The notes beneath the pieces were generated by a model. It searched no databases, was not told where the DNA came from, and saw only the letters and a list, made by a program, of their open reading frames with translations. Shown here piece by piece: positions 55,027-64,000 of a stretch of DNA of 64,000 nt (its first letter is position 1; each line of letters begins with the position of its first letter). Origin of the DNA: a virus (lineage: Duplodnaviria; Caudoviricetes). The stretch lies in IMG/VR virus record IMGVR_UViG_3300029705_006902, positions 10,709 to 74,708 of that record; one strand, given 5' to 3'. A program made the translations under genes and the position numbers.

Positions 55027-57390
55027 TTACTGTTGCTCATCGGCAACACGCATATATGTTTTCTGAACCCCATATCCGGGAACTCTTGTTTTACCCGTAC
55101 CGTTGCCATCGTAGCGTTTCCAACTACCGAGTTTAAAAAGAATGCCTTCAATTTCATAGGAGTCAGATTTCTTGATATTTTCACGTGGCTTACCGAAACA
55201 CTCGCACCAAATCTCCATAACGCATACACGGGTGCGTTTAATACTGCCTTCAGCTTTTGATTCACCGAAGTCGGAGCCCTCAAGATAAGAACGGCGCTGG
55301 TAAAGGTCGAGGGAATCCCAGTTTTCAGGCAATAAACGGTCAAGATACTCCTGTACGATACCTTCACGGTCATCAGTTTCCATAGCATCTCTCTGCTGAA
55401 TATATGCCTCTGCTGCAATTTCATCTTTAAGGAAGAGTTCTTCACCATCGTTGTAATACTGAAGAGCTTCTGCCCAAATCTGATCTACATCGTTAAGTTC
55501 CCAAGGCTTGTGTTTGGAATTACCTGTAACTTTGAGTGGCCAGAAACGACGATTTCCGCTGATATCACGGAGAAATCCGCCATCACTGTTAGTCGTACCA
55601 ACGATGACACAAGACCTGGGATGGCTTTCAACTGTTGTGCCGTAAGCCTGGCGGTATTTATCATCAAGGCGTGTAACAAATGATTTAACAACCTCCACAT
55701 CCATTTTCTTCATACCATTAAGTTCACTGATTTCAAGTATCCAGTAACCTTGGAGTTTTTCTGGTGCAGTTTTATCTTTCATGTCAGAAATGGAAAGGGA
55801 GTCTGAAAACCACTTCTTGCCGAGCCTTGCGAAAAAGGTACTCTTGCCTATACCCTGACCGCCGACAAGAACGAGTATGGAGTCGAATTTTATACCAGGC
55901 TGATAAATACGGGCTACAGCTGCAACAAGCGTTTTTCTCGTTACAGCCCTCACATAGGGTGTATCGGCTGCACCAAGATAATCTATAAGCAAAGTATCAA
56001 GTCTGCGTACACCATCCCATTTAAGCGTTGAAAAATACTCTTTTATAGGGTGATAGAGTCGCTCTGCTGAAGTTACTGCCAGCAGAGCATCTTTGAATTT
56101 TGTGGGAGACCACACGCCATAGGTGCGTTCAAAGTAGAGCTTTGCACAAGCGAGGTCGGTGTCATTCCAACCTGGTTTCACCTGATGCCACGGCAAAGGA
56201 GAAATAACATCAATTGTACTTTTGAACTGATTGAATACGATGCCCTTAAGATTTGTATCGTGACGAAGAATTGTGCAGATATTACTCATAGTATCTTTGA
56301 CGTTACCGAACTTATCGAGAGTGAGCTGTGCCTGCCAATCCTCATCGGAAAACTCTTCTTGAGCCTGCTCTTTTCTTTCCTCTGCAAACACCATTTTTAC
56401 ACGGCTATCATCAAGAGCTATTTCGCACATAGCCTTATATGAGGGCAGTTTTGTAACGGGTGCATCGAGAGGTGCATTTTCATCACTGCTACCAAAAAGG
56501 TGTAAACGAACCAAGTCAAAGGCGTTCAAGAGTTTTCCGCATACAGGGTCAGTAGCATGATGGCTGTATGCGAACTTGTTATCATAAACTACAAGTCCCG
56601 CACTGCTGTCCGCGGGTATGTAATCATATCTTCCTTGCATTGCCGAGGGTTCGTAAATTTCTGCAAGGTAGGTGTCAATGGCGTCTTCAATCGTATAAGC
56701 ACGGCAAAATGCTCCGACAATACCTGGTTTTGAGAGAGGGTCTTGCTGTTCAGAAATGGTGCGTTTCATTGCCGCTGACTGTCTTGAAGATACAGGCCAG
56801 GTTGAAGCATCGTGCCAATCGGCATATCTGTTAAGGTAAGCATCGGGGTCGAGCAGTTCACCGTCACGGCTGTCAAAGAAGAAGTCACCGTTAATCGAGG
56901 TTGAAGGCCAATACATAAGACGACAGGCTTCGTATGTGGTATCATCGAAAAGGTCTATGCCGATGTCTTTTGCAACCATTCTTGCAACTGCAGGATACTC
57001 CTCTTCGGATATATCGCGGGACAGCGGAATAACAAGACGGAGTCGAGGCTGTTCGGGTGTGTGTTTATGTGTGGAATAGACGCAACATCTGAAGGTGAAG
57101 AGCATCAGAATTTTCTGCCAAGTATCGGGAAGTGCGTAGTCCATGTCAAGAGTCAACGCACTACGGCTGTTAACCATTCCGTTCTTTCTTCTGCCTTCCT
57201 TAAGTTCGCCCGCAACGAAACCACCACAGTCTTTAATATCAGCCTGTGCAGCTCTGCCCATTTTTCGATACTCCTCGACAGTTTCGGGCGTGCGTTTCGT
57301 TTGGCTTAATAAGGCAAGGAGGTCTTCCCAGTTGATTTCTTTATTCTTAAGTTTCTTTTCGAGCCTTTTACCGGCTACAGCGATTTTCAT
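55027..57390 (-). CDS. Primase-helicase (VapE/virulence-associated E family)
   Basis: N-terminal prim-pol-like STHKH..RLR..MYWPS; GGQGIGKST Walker A; GNRRFWP. Confidence 0.9.
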   Translation of the reverse strand: MKIAVAGKRLEKKLKNKEINWEDLLALLSQTKRTPETVEEYRKMGRAAQADIKDCGGFVAGELKEGRRKNGMVNSRSALTLDMDYALPDTWQKILMLFTFRCCVYSTHKHTPEQPRLRLVIPLSRDISEEEYPAVARMVAKDIGIDLFDDTTYEACRLMYWPSTSINGDFFFDSRDGELLDPDAYLNRYADWHDASTWPVSSRQSAAMKRTISEQQDPLSKPGIVGAFCRAYTIEDAIDTYLAEIYEPSAMQGRYDYIPADSSAGLVVYDNKFAYSHHATDPVCGKLLNAFDLVRLHLFGSSDENAPLDAPVTKLPSYKAMCEIALDDSRVKMVFAEERKEQAQEEFSDEDWQAQLTLDKFGNVKDTMSNICTILRHDTNLKGIVFNQFKSTIDVISPLPWHQVKPGWNDTDLACAKLYFERTYGVWSPTKFKDALLAVTSAERLYHPIKEYFSTLKWDGVRRLDTLLIDYLGAADTPYVRAVTRKTLVAAVARIYQPGIKFDSILVLVGGQGIGKSTFFARLGKKWFSDSLSISDMKDKTAPEKLQGYWILEISELNGMKKMDVEVVKSFVTRLDDKYRQAYGTTVESHPRSCVIVGTTNSDGGFLRDISGNRRFWPLKVTGNSKHKPWELNDVDQIWAEALQYYNDGEELFLKDEIAAEAYIQQRDAMETDDREGIVQEYLDRLLPENWDSLDLYQRRSYLEGSDFGESKAEGSIKRTRVCVMEIWCECFGKPRENIKKSDSYEIEGILFKLGSWKRYDGNGTGKTRVPGYGVQKTYMRVADEQQ

Positions 57391-57734
57391 CTTTTTTTCA
57401 CCTCACAGTTGTTATTAAAATAGCGAATAGGAATATTCGTTTCTTTTGCGTGTTTCATTTCAATGCTCATTCCGTTAGAAATTCTGTCACCGAACACCCA
57501 AAGTTCAGAGCAAAGAGAAAGGAGGGAAATATCCATCTCCATAGCTGTTCTTCTTTCCTCTATATCGTCATCATCCATAAACTGCGGAAATAACAGATGC
57601 GGTGCAATTGGTGTGTAGCCTTTTTTTACAGCAAAACGGCTGTAACGGCGAGCATTGGTTAAGTTCATTTCAACCTCTCCTGAAAAGGGAGAGCAAATAT
57701 ATACAAGGGGTCTTTCTTTTTTCATAAATATCAA
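57387..57734 (-). CDS. DUF4406/nucleoside deoxyribosyltransferase-like protein
   Basis: VYICSPFSG...PIAPHL...SNGM..E. Confidence 0.75.
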   Translation of the reverse strand: MIFMKKERPLVYICSPFSGEVEMNLTNARRYSRFAVKKGYTPIAPHLLFPQFMDDDDIEERRTAMEMDISLLSLCSELWVFGDRISNGMSIEMKHAKETNIPIRYFNNNCEVKKR

Positions 57735-59671
57735 TCCTTTTTATAGAAGTCACAGACATATCCGTCTGCGCGAAGGAGGAGTCCTTTTGCCCATTCTGGG
57801 GTTTGTCCCATAACGGAACAAATATCTTCAAGAGATGCATCTTTCGGTGCTTCAATGACGGCTTCATCGTGAACATGCATTACGATGTTATATCCGTGGT
57901 CATTCAGCCTTATCATTGATTCAGCAAGTATGTCACGGGCTGTGCCTTGTACGATGTTTTCTACGAGCTTAGGTCCGTAACTTTCAAGTCTGCACCACTT
58001 CTTCTGTTCACCGATGCCCTCATAGGTGATGCTTTCACTCCCGAAAATGTTAGTACCAAGTTTCGGCTTTACATAGCAGAGATTTCTGCCAGATGGTAAG
58101 GTTACAAAAAGGATGCCACTTTGGTAGGTAAAGACAACTCCATGGGTCCTGGTTGTCTTTTTTGTAGAGATACACTCCTTTGCTGCCCGGTCAACATCCC
58201 ACCACATCTTTACAATATGAGGGTTGGAGTTGCGCCAAGCTGTTACCAGGGGCTGCAGCTCTTCTTCTTTCAAACCCATATTTAACGCTCCCATAGCCTT
58301 CAATGCTCCTACGGAGCCACCATAACCAAGAGCAAGTTCAGCAATCTTACCTTTCTGTCGGAGATGCCCATTAATGCCATTCTTCTGAACAGGAACATTA
58401 AACATCTCGGACGCTGAAGCACAGTAAATATCACCGCCTTCAGCAAATACATTCTGTCGCCAGTCTTCACCTGCCATCCAAGCAATTACACGCGCCTCTA
58501 TAGCAGAGAAGTCAGCAACGAAGAAACGGTTGTTTCTTTTTGGAATAAAGGCTGTACGAATAAGTTCTGACAACACATTAGGTACCGAAGGAAACAGCAG
58601 TTCAACCATATCGAAGTTATCACTACGAACAAGCTCTCTTGCCAGTTCCAGATCTGGCAGATGGTTCTGTGGTAAGTTCTGTACTTGAACCAATCTACCC
58701 GCGTATCTGCCGGTCCGATTTGCACCATAAAACTGAATTAAGCCTCTTGCTCTGTTGTCAGAACATACAACCGTTTCCATAGCAACGAACTTTTTCACAG
58801 AACTTTTTGCAAGTTCCTGGCGCAAGGTAAGGGCATCTTTTACATCACCCTCGCTTTCATCTATCAAGTCTTTAACCGCTGCTTTCGAGAGGGATTCAAC
58901 CTCTACGCCTTGTTCTGAAAGCCAATCCTTAAGTTGTGTTGGAGAGTTTGGGTTTTCAAGGTTTGTCAACAGTCGAGCTTTTTGCATATGTGTGTCTCTG
59001 AACTGCTCGTCACAGTCAATGGCTCGCCGCACAAAATGAATATCAATCATAATGCCCCTGTCGTTAATTTTCTGGTCGAGGTGGTAATTTACCCATTCGC
59101 TGTCACTAACAGGAAATTTATGAAGCTTCTCATGAATGCCGATTTCAGTCTCAACATCACGCTTGTTGTATGCTTTGAATAAATTCCATTTATCGGGGGC
59201 ATCACTGTAATAATGCCGCTTATATGTTCCGTCTTTTTGTTTTACTGGTGTGCAGAAATATCGGATGAGGTCTTTGCCTTCTTTGAGTTTCTGCTTTTCA
59301 AGACCTAAAACTGCACCTACAGTTTCAAGTGATAAAGGTAAGCCTAATGTTGCACCCCAAACCATAGTGCAGTACCAGGAAGAGGGGTCAAGATAAATAC
59401 CCGTGGGGAGTCCGAGATGCTTTGAGAGACATACACGCTCAAACTGTGCATTGAACGCCCACTTGCGAACATTAGGATCGGTAAGAGCTGTTATAACAGC
59501 CGTCGGTATTTGTTCGCCCATAGCAAGGTCAACGACCTCTACGGGAGCGGAGTCAATAGAGTAACCAAAAAGCAAAACTTCGAAGTCGGCAGAGTCGACA
59601 TACTTATAAACACCGCTTTTTGTAAGGTTAACTGAAGAGTAGGTTTCAAGGTCGATGTAAATATCGTTCAT
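57731..59671 (-). CDS. Family A DNA polymerase
   Basis: DLETYS exonuclease; ADFSAIEAR (A); RQKGKIAELALGYG (B); HVHDE (C). Confidence 0.95.
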   Translation of the reverse strand: MNDIYIDLETYSSVNLTKSGVYKYVDSADFEVLLFGYSIDSAPVEVVDLAMGEQIPTAVITALTDPNVRKWAFNAQFERVCLSKHLGLPTGIYLDPSSWYCTMVWGATLGLPLSLETVGAVLGLEKQKLKEGKDLIRYFCTPVKQKDGTYKRHYYSDAPDKWNLFKAYNKRDVETEIGIHEKLHKFPVSDSEWVNYHLDQKINDRGIMIDIHFVRRAIDCDEQFRDTHMQKARLLTNLENPNSPTQLKDWLSEQGVEVESLSKAAVKDLIDESEGDVKDALTLRQELAKSSVKKFVAMETVVCSDNRARGLIQFYGANRTGRYAGRLVQVQNLPQNHLPDLELARELVRSDNFDMVELLFPSVPNVLSELIRTAFIPKRNNRFFVADFSAIEARVIAWMAGEDWRQNVFAEGGDIYCASASEMFNVPVQKNGINGHLRQKGKIAELALGYGGSVGALKAMGALNMGLKEEELQPLVTAWRNSNPHIVKMWWDVDRAAKECISTKKTTRTHGVVFTYQSGILFVTLPSGRNLCYVKPKLGTNIFGSESITYEGIGEQKKWCRLESYGPKLVENIVQGTARDILAESMIRLNDHGYNIVMHVHDEAVIEAPKDASLEDICSVMGQTPEWAKGLLLRADGYVCDFYKKD

Positions 59672-59736
59672 AACAACATCCTTTCAAGTGGGTGTAGGGC
59701 AGCAGAGGTTTCCCTCCGCCACCCAACGATTTATAT

Positions 59737-60288
59737 TTATGAAAGGAAGTCTTCTGTATCATCAGCTGTGAAATCCTGTGCAGCAGTTGTTTTGCCACCA
59801 AGATGCTCACCGTCACGAACCTTCTGAATGTTGCCGAGACCACAAGCAATACCCTTATTACCATTGCTGTTGAATGCATAGAAGTTAAGGCTTACACGAA
59901 CATAGCAACCGGAATAAACTTCACTGCGGTCAAGAATAGGCTGTACTGAACGGTCAACAATCTGGGGAGGAGTTGTGCTGTTAGCGTTTACGAAATAAGC
60001 ATTCTTGTATGCTTCATCATCACGCTCGGTGTCGCCATCACGAAGAGGAAGTTTAAGAGCGCCATCGGGAGGAATTTTACCTCCGAACTTACCGATGCCG
60101 AGCTGCTTTGCAGCTTCAACGGCGGCTCTGATTTTTTCGATGGTTTCGGTATCTTTCTTGTCGATGATGAAAGATGCACCGTATTTGGGGGTGCCTCCAT
60201 TAACGGACTGCGGTTCCCACACATGTTCATAAGAGATACGAACGGGACCAGTTACTACTTTTGTTGATATGATTTTCTTATTAGTCAT
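59737..60288 (-). CDS. DUF2815 ssDNA-binding protein (T7 gp2.5-like)
   Basis: LPLRDGD, YSGCY, LGNIQK..DG..LGG, acidic C-terminal tail. Confidence 0.9.
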   Translation of the reverse strand: MTNKKIISTKVVTGPVRISYEHVWEPQSVNGGTPKYGASFIIDKKDTETIEKIRAAVEAAKQLGIGKFGGKIPPDGALKLPLRDGDTERDDEAYKNAYFVNANSTTPPQIVDRSVQPILDRSEVYSGCYVRVSLNFYAFNSNGNKGIACGLGNIQKVRDGEHLGGKTTAAQDFTADDTEDFLS

Positions 60289-61432
60289 TATTAATTACCT
60301 CGATTTCTGTAAAGTCATTTTTAGCATCTGTAGTCATTATTTCAGGGCGCTTGTCCGATACTGAAACAAGCGTTGGTTTGCCTTGGGGTTTATGTACCAA
60401 CGAACCAAGGATTTCTTTGAACGTGGTTTTTCCCATGAGCTTTTCCATCTCCGTTATCGAGATGAGGCTCTTCTTGTAAATGTCACGATATCCAGCGGCA
60501 TAGGCTTTTTCAGCAACAGCCTCTTCATCGGTATATTTCCTTACGGAACGGCTTTCAACGAGCTTGAATCCATTCCACCTTTTGCCGTGATTAATAGCTG
60601 CATCCTGGGCATAAGCCTGAATTTCGTTTGCCCACTTGGTGAGGTCGTCAAGGTGAAGAAGAATATCTTCAATCTCCTCATCTGAAAGAAGAGGTGGGAG
60701 TTTAAATTCATACTCTGCAAGCTTCATTTTTGCTTCAGCCCTTGCACGACATTTAACAGCAGCTTTACAAAAAGTGCAGTGAGAACCAGGAATGAATTCT
60801 CCTTCTCCTTTTGCCGCCAAAGCTGCTCTTGGAATAAGGAACTCCTCTGCCCAAGACATCAAGTCATCGTATGTGATAGTCCAGGTTGAGATATTCTCTC
60901 TTCGCGGCTGATAAATGCTCATAGATACATTCTCAATTTCATAAAGGTGGTCATACATCTTTATGGCTCCCAGTGCATAAAGCATCATCTGAGGATTATT
61001 AACAGCATCTACGAGAACACCTTGTCCGTACTTGAAGTCGATAATATGAACCAGGTTATCGGCTATAATAACGCAGTCACCTGTACCGAACCCTTCAGGA
61101 ACGAAACAGGAGTAGTCAAGTTTCTGTTCAATGAGGATAAGGGGGTCAGCACTTTTTTCTTTGGCTTCTGCAATCTTCTCAAGTACGAATTCCACATAGC
61201 CGTCGGTGTACATATCCATTTCATCGGAGTCGTACTGTGATGTCGGTTTTCGGGAACGCATCTTAAGTGCCTTGCGAAGTTTGTGTTCACATAAAGCGTG
61301 TGCAGCTGTTCCTTCGGCTGCCGCTTCACTTTCTCGGTCATCAAACTCTCTTTCAAGAACAGCTGATGGTGTGCAATTCAGCCATCTGTGAGAAGATGAT
61401 GCACCGAGCAAGGCGTGTTTATTTGGGGGCAT
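60281..61432 (-). CDS. DUF2800 Cas4-like exonuclease
   Basis: HRWLNC, EGT.AH, GTGD, IDFKYG, QMMLYALG, C.FC....C. Confidence 0.9.
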   Translation of the reverse strand: MPPNKHALLGASSSHRWLNCTPSAVLEREFDDRESEAAAEGTAAHALCEHKLRKALKMRSRKPTSQYDSDEMDMYTDGYVEFVLEKIAEAKEKSADPLILIEQKLDYSCFVPEGFGTGDCVIIADNLVHIIDFKYGQGVLVDAVNNPQMMLYALGAIKMYDHLYEIENVSMSIYQPRRENISTWTITYDDLMSWAEEFLIPRAALAAKGEGEFIPGSHCTFCKAAVKCRARAEAKMKLAEYEFKLPPLLSDEEIEDILLHLDDLTKWANEIQAYAQDAAINHGKRWNGFKLVESRSVRKYTDEEAVAEKAYAAGYRDIYKKSLISITEMEKLMGKTTFKEILGSLVHKPQGKPTLVSVSDKRPEIMTTDAKNDFTEIEVINND

Positions 61433-61757
61433 CTGTGAGCTCCTTCGCTTTAGAAATAAGGTCTTCGAAACTTGCAATGTCGACCTTGCTTAAATTCTGC
61501 ACACCGTAGGAGCGAATAAGTTCTTGAGCTTCAGCTGTAACCTTTGTTCCGAGAATTGCCCTTGCTTCAAGAATCAACTTCTCTTTTTTCTTTTTAAGGT
61601 CCTCATCGGTTTCAACTTTCACAGATTCTGTAGGTTCTTCTTTGATGTTTTCATCACAAGGGGGAGTAGCAATAACTGCGTCCACATAAGCCATTAAACT
61701 GTCCGAAAGTTTACGAAGGTTCAGAGCTACATCAAGAAGGAGTTTGTCCTTATCCAT
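61419..61757 (-). CDS. Hypothetical phage protein
   Basis: Acidic helical protein typical upstream of DUF2800. Confidence 0.7.
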   Translation of the reverse strand: MDKDKLLLDVALNLRKLSDSLMAYVDAVIATPPCDENIKEEPTESVKVETDEDLKKKKEKLILEARAILGTKVTAEAQELIRSYGVQNLSKVDIASFEDLISKAKELTDAPK

Positions 61758-61950
61758 CACACACACCTCCTTCCTTAACTTCACTGATTGACAGCTTTGA
61801 TACGCTGTCGCCCGGTACGAGAATTGTTACTTTTCTGCAGTCACCGAGTAGGAAGCGAAGAATACGTTCACGCATCTTTATGGTTTTACAGAAGACAATG
61901 CTGTCCGGGGTTGGCTTTTTGGAAACATTGATTTTAAGATTATGTTCCAT
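61750..61950 (-). CDS. Hypothetical phage protein
   Basis: ERILRFLLG...VTILVPGDSV. Confidence 0.7.
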   Translation of the reverse strand: MEHNLKINVSKKPTPDSIVFCKTIKMRERILRFLLGDCRKVTILVPGDSVSKLSISEVKEGGVCDG

Positions 61951-61989
61951 AGCTTTCAGTCCTTTCCGAGAGGTGGTTATGTAGTCCTC

Positions 61990-62030
61990 TCACCATATGG
62001 AGAAAAAGGGGCATTTTGTCAGGGTGTTTT
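61990..62030 (-). promoter_or_regulatory. Repeated promoter-like element, copy 2 (upstream of the replication operon)
   Basis: Matches 18703-18743 (18 bp identical, 6 variable, 17 bp identical). Confidence 0.7.
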
Positions 62031-62051
62031 TAGGCTTTTTTCAGAAATTTT

Positions 62052-62510
62052 TTAAAAAAATTTTTTAAATCTTTTTTTCGCAGCCTCAATTGACTCGTGA
62101 ACAGACTGAAATGAGACTCCTTCTGTTTCAGCAATTTCCCTTAATGTCTTTCCCTCGGCAAGCTGTAAAAGGCGTCTCTGCTGAACCTCGGATAATTTTG
62201 AAAATGCATACTCGGTTCGTTTGCTTCGCTCTTCTACTTCAGCTTGTTTTTTTGCGGCTATTTCTCTTTTTTCATCTTCCGATGTTATGTAGAAATCCAC
62301 TGTGTGGTCAGCATATGCCATGCCCTCATACTTAGCTTCATCCGTTGAAACCGGGCAGTAGTATTTGTGGCGATGGTCACTCGCATCTTCTTTCTTGCGA
62401 CTTTCCTTAATGCTGATGCCTATGTCATCTTCAACCTCTACGGCTGTTCTTTTAATTTCGTAAGTACCTGTCTTTTCGTTGAATGCGTTATATCTGTATT
62501 CGATAATCAT
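62052..62510 (-). CDS. Sigma-70 region-4-like (ECF-type) protein
   Basis: LSEVQQRRL...GKTLREIAETEGVSFQSVHESI..AKKRFKK. Confidence 0.85.
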   Translation of the reverse strand: MIIEYRYNAFNEKTGTYEIKRTAVEVEDDIGISIKESRKKEDASDHRHKYYCPVSTDEAKYEGMAYADHTVDFYITSEDEKREIAAKKQAEVEERSKRTEYAFSKLSEVQQRRLLQLAEGKTLREIAETEGVSFQSVHESIEAAKKRFKKFF

Positions 62511-62539
62511 AAAAATTGCTCCTTTGGATTTTTCTTGAA

Positions 62540-62657
62540 ATCCGCCAGAGCCGCCGAAGATGTCCACCAAAAAGAAAAAGACGGCAGTGTGTGACACACT
62601 GATACCTATAATCGGTATTGATATGTCACTGCACGGCCGTCTTGCGTTCTGGCAGAT
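62540..62657 (-). ncRNA. Candidate structured 5' leader of the sigma-like gene
   Basis: Nested stems ATCTGCCAGA/TCTGGCGGAT, AAGACGGC/GCCGTCTT, GTGACA/TGTCAC, ATACC/GGTAT, with a U-run after the second stem. Confidence 0.4.
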
Positions 62658-62676
62658 AACTTTTAATATTCTGTTT

Positions 62677-62838
62677 TTATGCTGCGGTGGTTAAGATGTT
62701 TTCAATGTTAAGTGTGCCGTCGGGGTTTGCTGTGATGCGAGTTTTGCATCCTTTTACTACAATCTCCACAACCCTGCGGTCTTCACTTACATCACAGACG
62801 CGCTTATTATTAAGGTTGCGAACTTCACTCATAGGCAT
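62677..62838 (-). CDS. Small hypothetical protein (53 aa, not in track)
   Basis: RBS AAAGGAGG; MPMSEVRNLNNKRVCDVSEDRRVVEIVVKGCKTRITANPDGTLNI. Confidence 0.6.
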   Translation of the reverse strand: MPMSEVRNLNNKRVCDVSEDRRVVEIVVKGCKTRITANPDGTLNIENILTTAA

Positions 62839-62991
62839 TTCCTCCTTTCTTTATTTCTGTTGTAAAGCAAAAAGCCGACACAAAACATTCAAGGTATAAA
62901 CCTCTGAATGCTCGTGCCGGCTTGAACTCACTTGGTTCTGCTCGTCTTTGAGCTGTATATTTTATGCGAATCCCTCACTTGGGGTTTCTGC

Positions 62992-63186
62992 TTACTTTGT
63001 TGTTTCTGCTGCTTGAACAATTTGTGTCATCAGCATTCCTACAGAAATTGTTTCATAGGCGTTTTCTTTAGCTTTCTTTATTCTTAATGCGTATTCCCCG
63101 GTTTCAGTTTTTACTGCTTCTCCGAGAGGAATGTGTTCTTTAGGGGTGTAGACCATTTTGTTTTTTTTGGGGGTGTTCTCTTTCAT
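62992..63186 (-). CDS. Small hypothetical protein
   Basis: RBS AGGAGG; 64 aa. Confidence 0.55.
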   Translation of the reverse strand: MKENTPKKNKMVYTPKEHIPLGEAVKTETGEYALRIKKAKENAYETISVGMLMTQIVQAAETTK

Positions 63187-63211
63187 TCAACTTCCTCCTA
63201 TCGTTGCTTTA

Positions 63212-64000
63212 TTAATATTTTTCATTGAATTTATTTATAAAATCAAGAACTTTGTTATTTATATCCGGTGTTTCGATTCGACGTTCAACTGCGGCATACA
63301 ACTTGGGTAAGAATATATTAAAATCTAAATGTCGAGCCTTTTCCTCTGTACTTACATCACTATGATTTAATGTTGTACAACATATAGGGTTTGTGTTTTT
63401 AAAATCTTTTCCTAATAAATATAATTCGTACACGGTATCTATTGTAGAAGCATACGGGGCTGCAAGTTCTGATAAGTTACTCAAGACTAAAGCGATTTTT
63501 CCAACGCCATCGATAGAAGCAACATATATATTTTTACAGGGTGTTGCCGTGTATTTAGGATAGCATAACGATTTATATGTAAGTTCCTCCCAAAATGTTA
63601 CGCCTACAGTCAAAGGGGAATCTACCGTGCCTAAGCGTATTGGAGTTTTTTTAGAAGACTCTTCAAAAACATCTTTAAAATAGTAGTATGCTTTCCAGTC
63701 AATTTCTCCACCTTCTGTAAGTTTTAGTAATTTACAAATGAAATTTAATAGATAGGCATCACCTGGGTTGTGGCTTTCAAAATCAGCAAACAATAATGCA
63801 TCAACCGATACCTCAAATAAGTTTGCTATTTTTACCAGAGCCTCTATACTTAATGAAGCTTTGTATTGATTTTTTGAAACCCTCGAAAAGTAACCAGTAC
63901 TTACTCCTGCAGCTTTTTCTACATCACCAATTTTCATATTATTTCTTTTGGTAAGAACATAAATATTATGAAAGAGCTGTCCTTTACTTGTCGCTAACAA
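63212..64000 (-). CDS. Xre HTH protein with large uncharacterised C-terminal domain (start at or beyond the window edge)
   Basis: KIGDVEKAAGVSTGYFSRV...LVKIANLFEVSVDALL. Confidence 0.7.
   Translation of the reverse strand: MLATSKGQLFHNIYVLTKRNNMKIGDVEKAAGVSTGYFSRVSKNQYKASLSIEALVKIANLFEVSVDALLFADFESHNPGDAYLLNFICKLLKLTEGGEIDWKAYYYFKDVFEESSKKTPIRLGTVDSPLTVGVTFWEELTYKSLCYPKYTATPCKNIYVASIDGVGKIALVLSNLSELAAPYASTIDTVYELYLLGKDFKNTNPICCTTLNHSDVSTEEKARHLDFNIFLPKLYAAVERRIETPDINNKVLDFINKFNEKY

Larger units (their letters stand above)
15216..64000 (-). mobile_element. Prophage, siphovirus with HK97-type head, serine-recombinase integration; right end outside window
   Basis: Complete co-oriented replication, packaging, head, tail, lysis and recombinase modules with no obvious frameshifts. 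Confidence 0.95.

Noticed and set aside
40407-59671. Introns or inteins in terL, polA or the helicases
   Set aside because: ORF lengths are ordinary and no intein or homing-endonuclease motifs were recognised.

Overview
Low-GC Gram-positive (Clostridia-like, inferred) genomic window. Most of it (~15.2-64 kb, minus strand, continuing past the right edge) is an apparently intact HK97-fold siphovirus prophage. Read right to left it carries: regulators and a sigma-70-like gene; replication (DUF2800, DUF2815 SSB, PolA, VapE primase-helicase, VRR-NUC, SNF2); HNH/TerS; a DNA-modification block (mini-MetK, ParB-N6/N4 methylase, 768-aa C5 methylase); a repeat-delimited accessory array (amidoligase, GGCT and others); TerL; a PAPS-reductase-family moron; head and tail genes with an extra Ig-like gene cluster; holin/amidase; a membrane-protein moron; and two large serine recombinases. 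To its left are a DHFR-like/secreted-nuclease pair and an island (~2.3-13.3 kb) with divergent Xre regulators, two metallophosphoesterases and a six-gene operon. That operon starts with a third serine recombinase whose unusual C-terminal domain recurs in the next two genes. The left boundary holds a tRNA-Leu-like 3' remnant and several hairpins. In the host flank, a 1.24-kb inversion bounded by 4-bp CAGG/CCTG splits both a tetR gene and a BspA-like LRR gene; flipping it back restores both in frame. The strongest leads are the recombinase/paralogue/ParB operon, the alternative-frame gene nested in the C5 methylase, the inversion, and two families of repeated promoter-like elements. All product calls come from motif recognition by eye; no database search was run.
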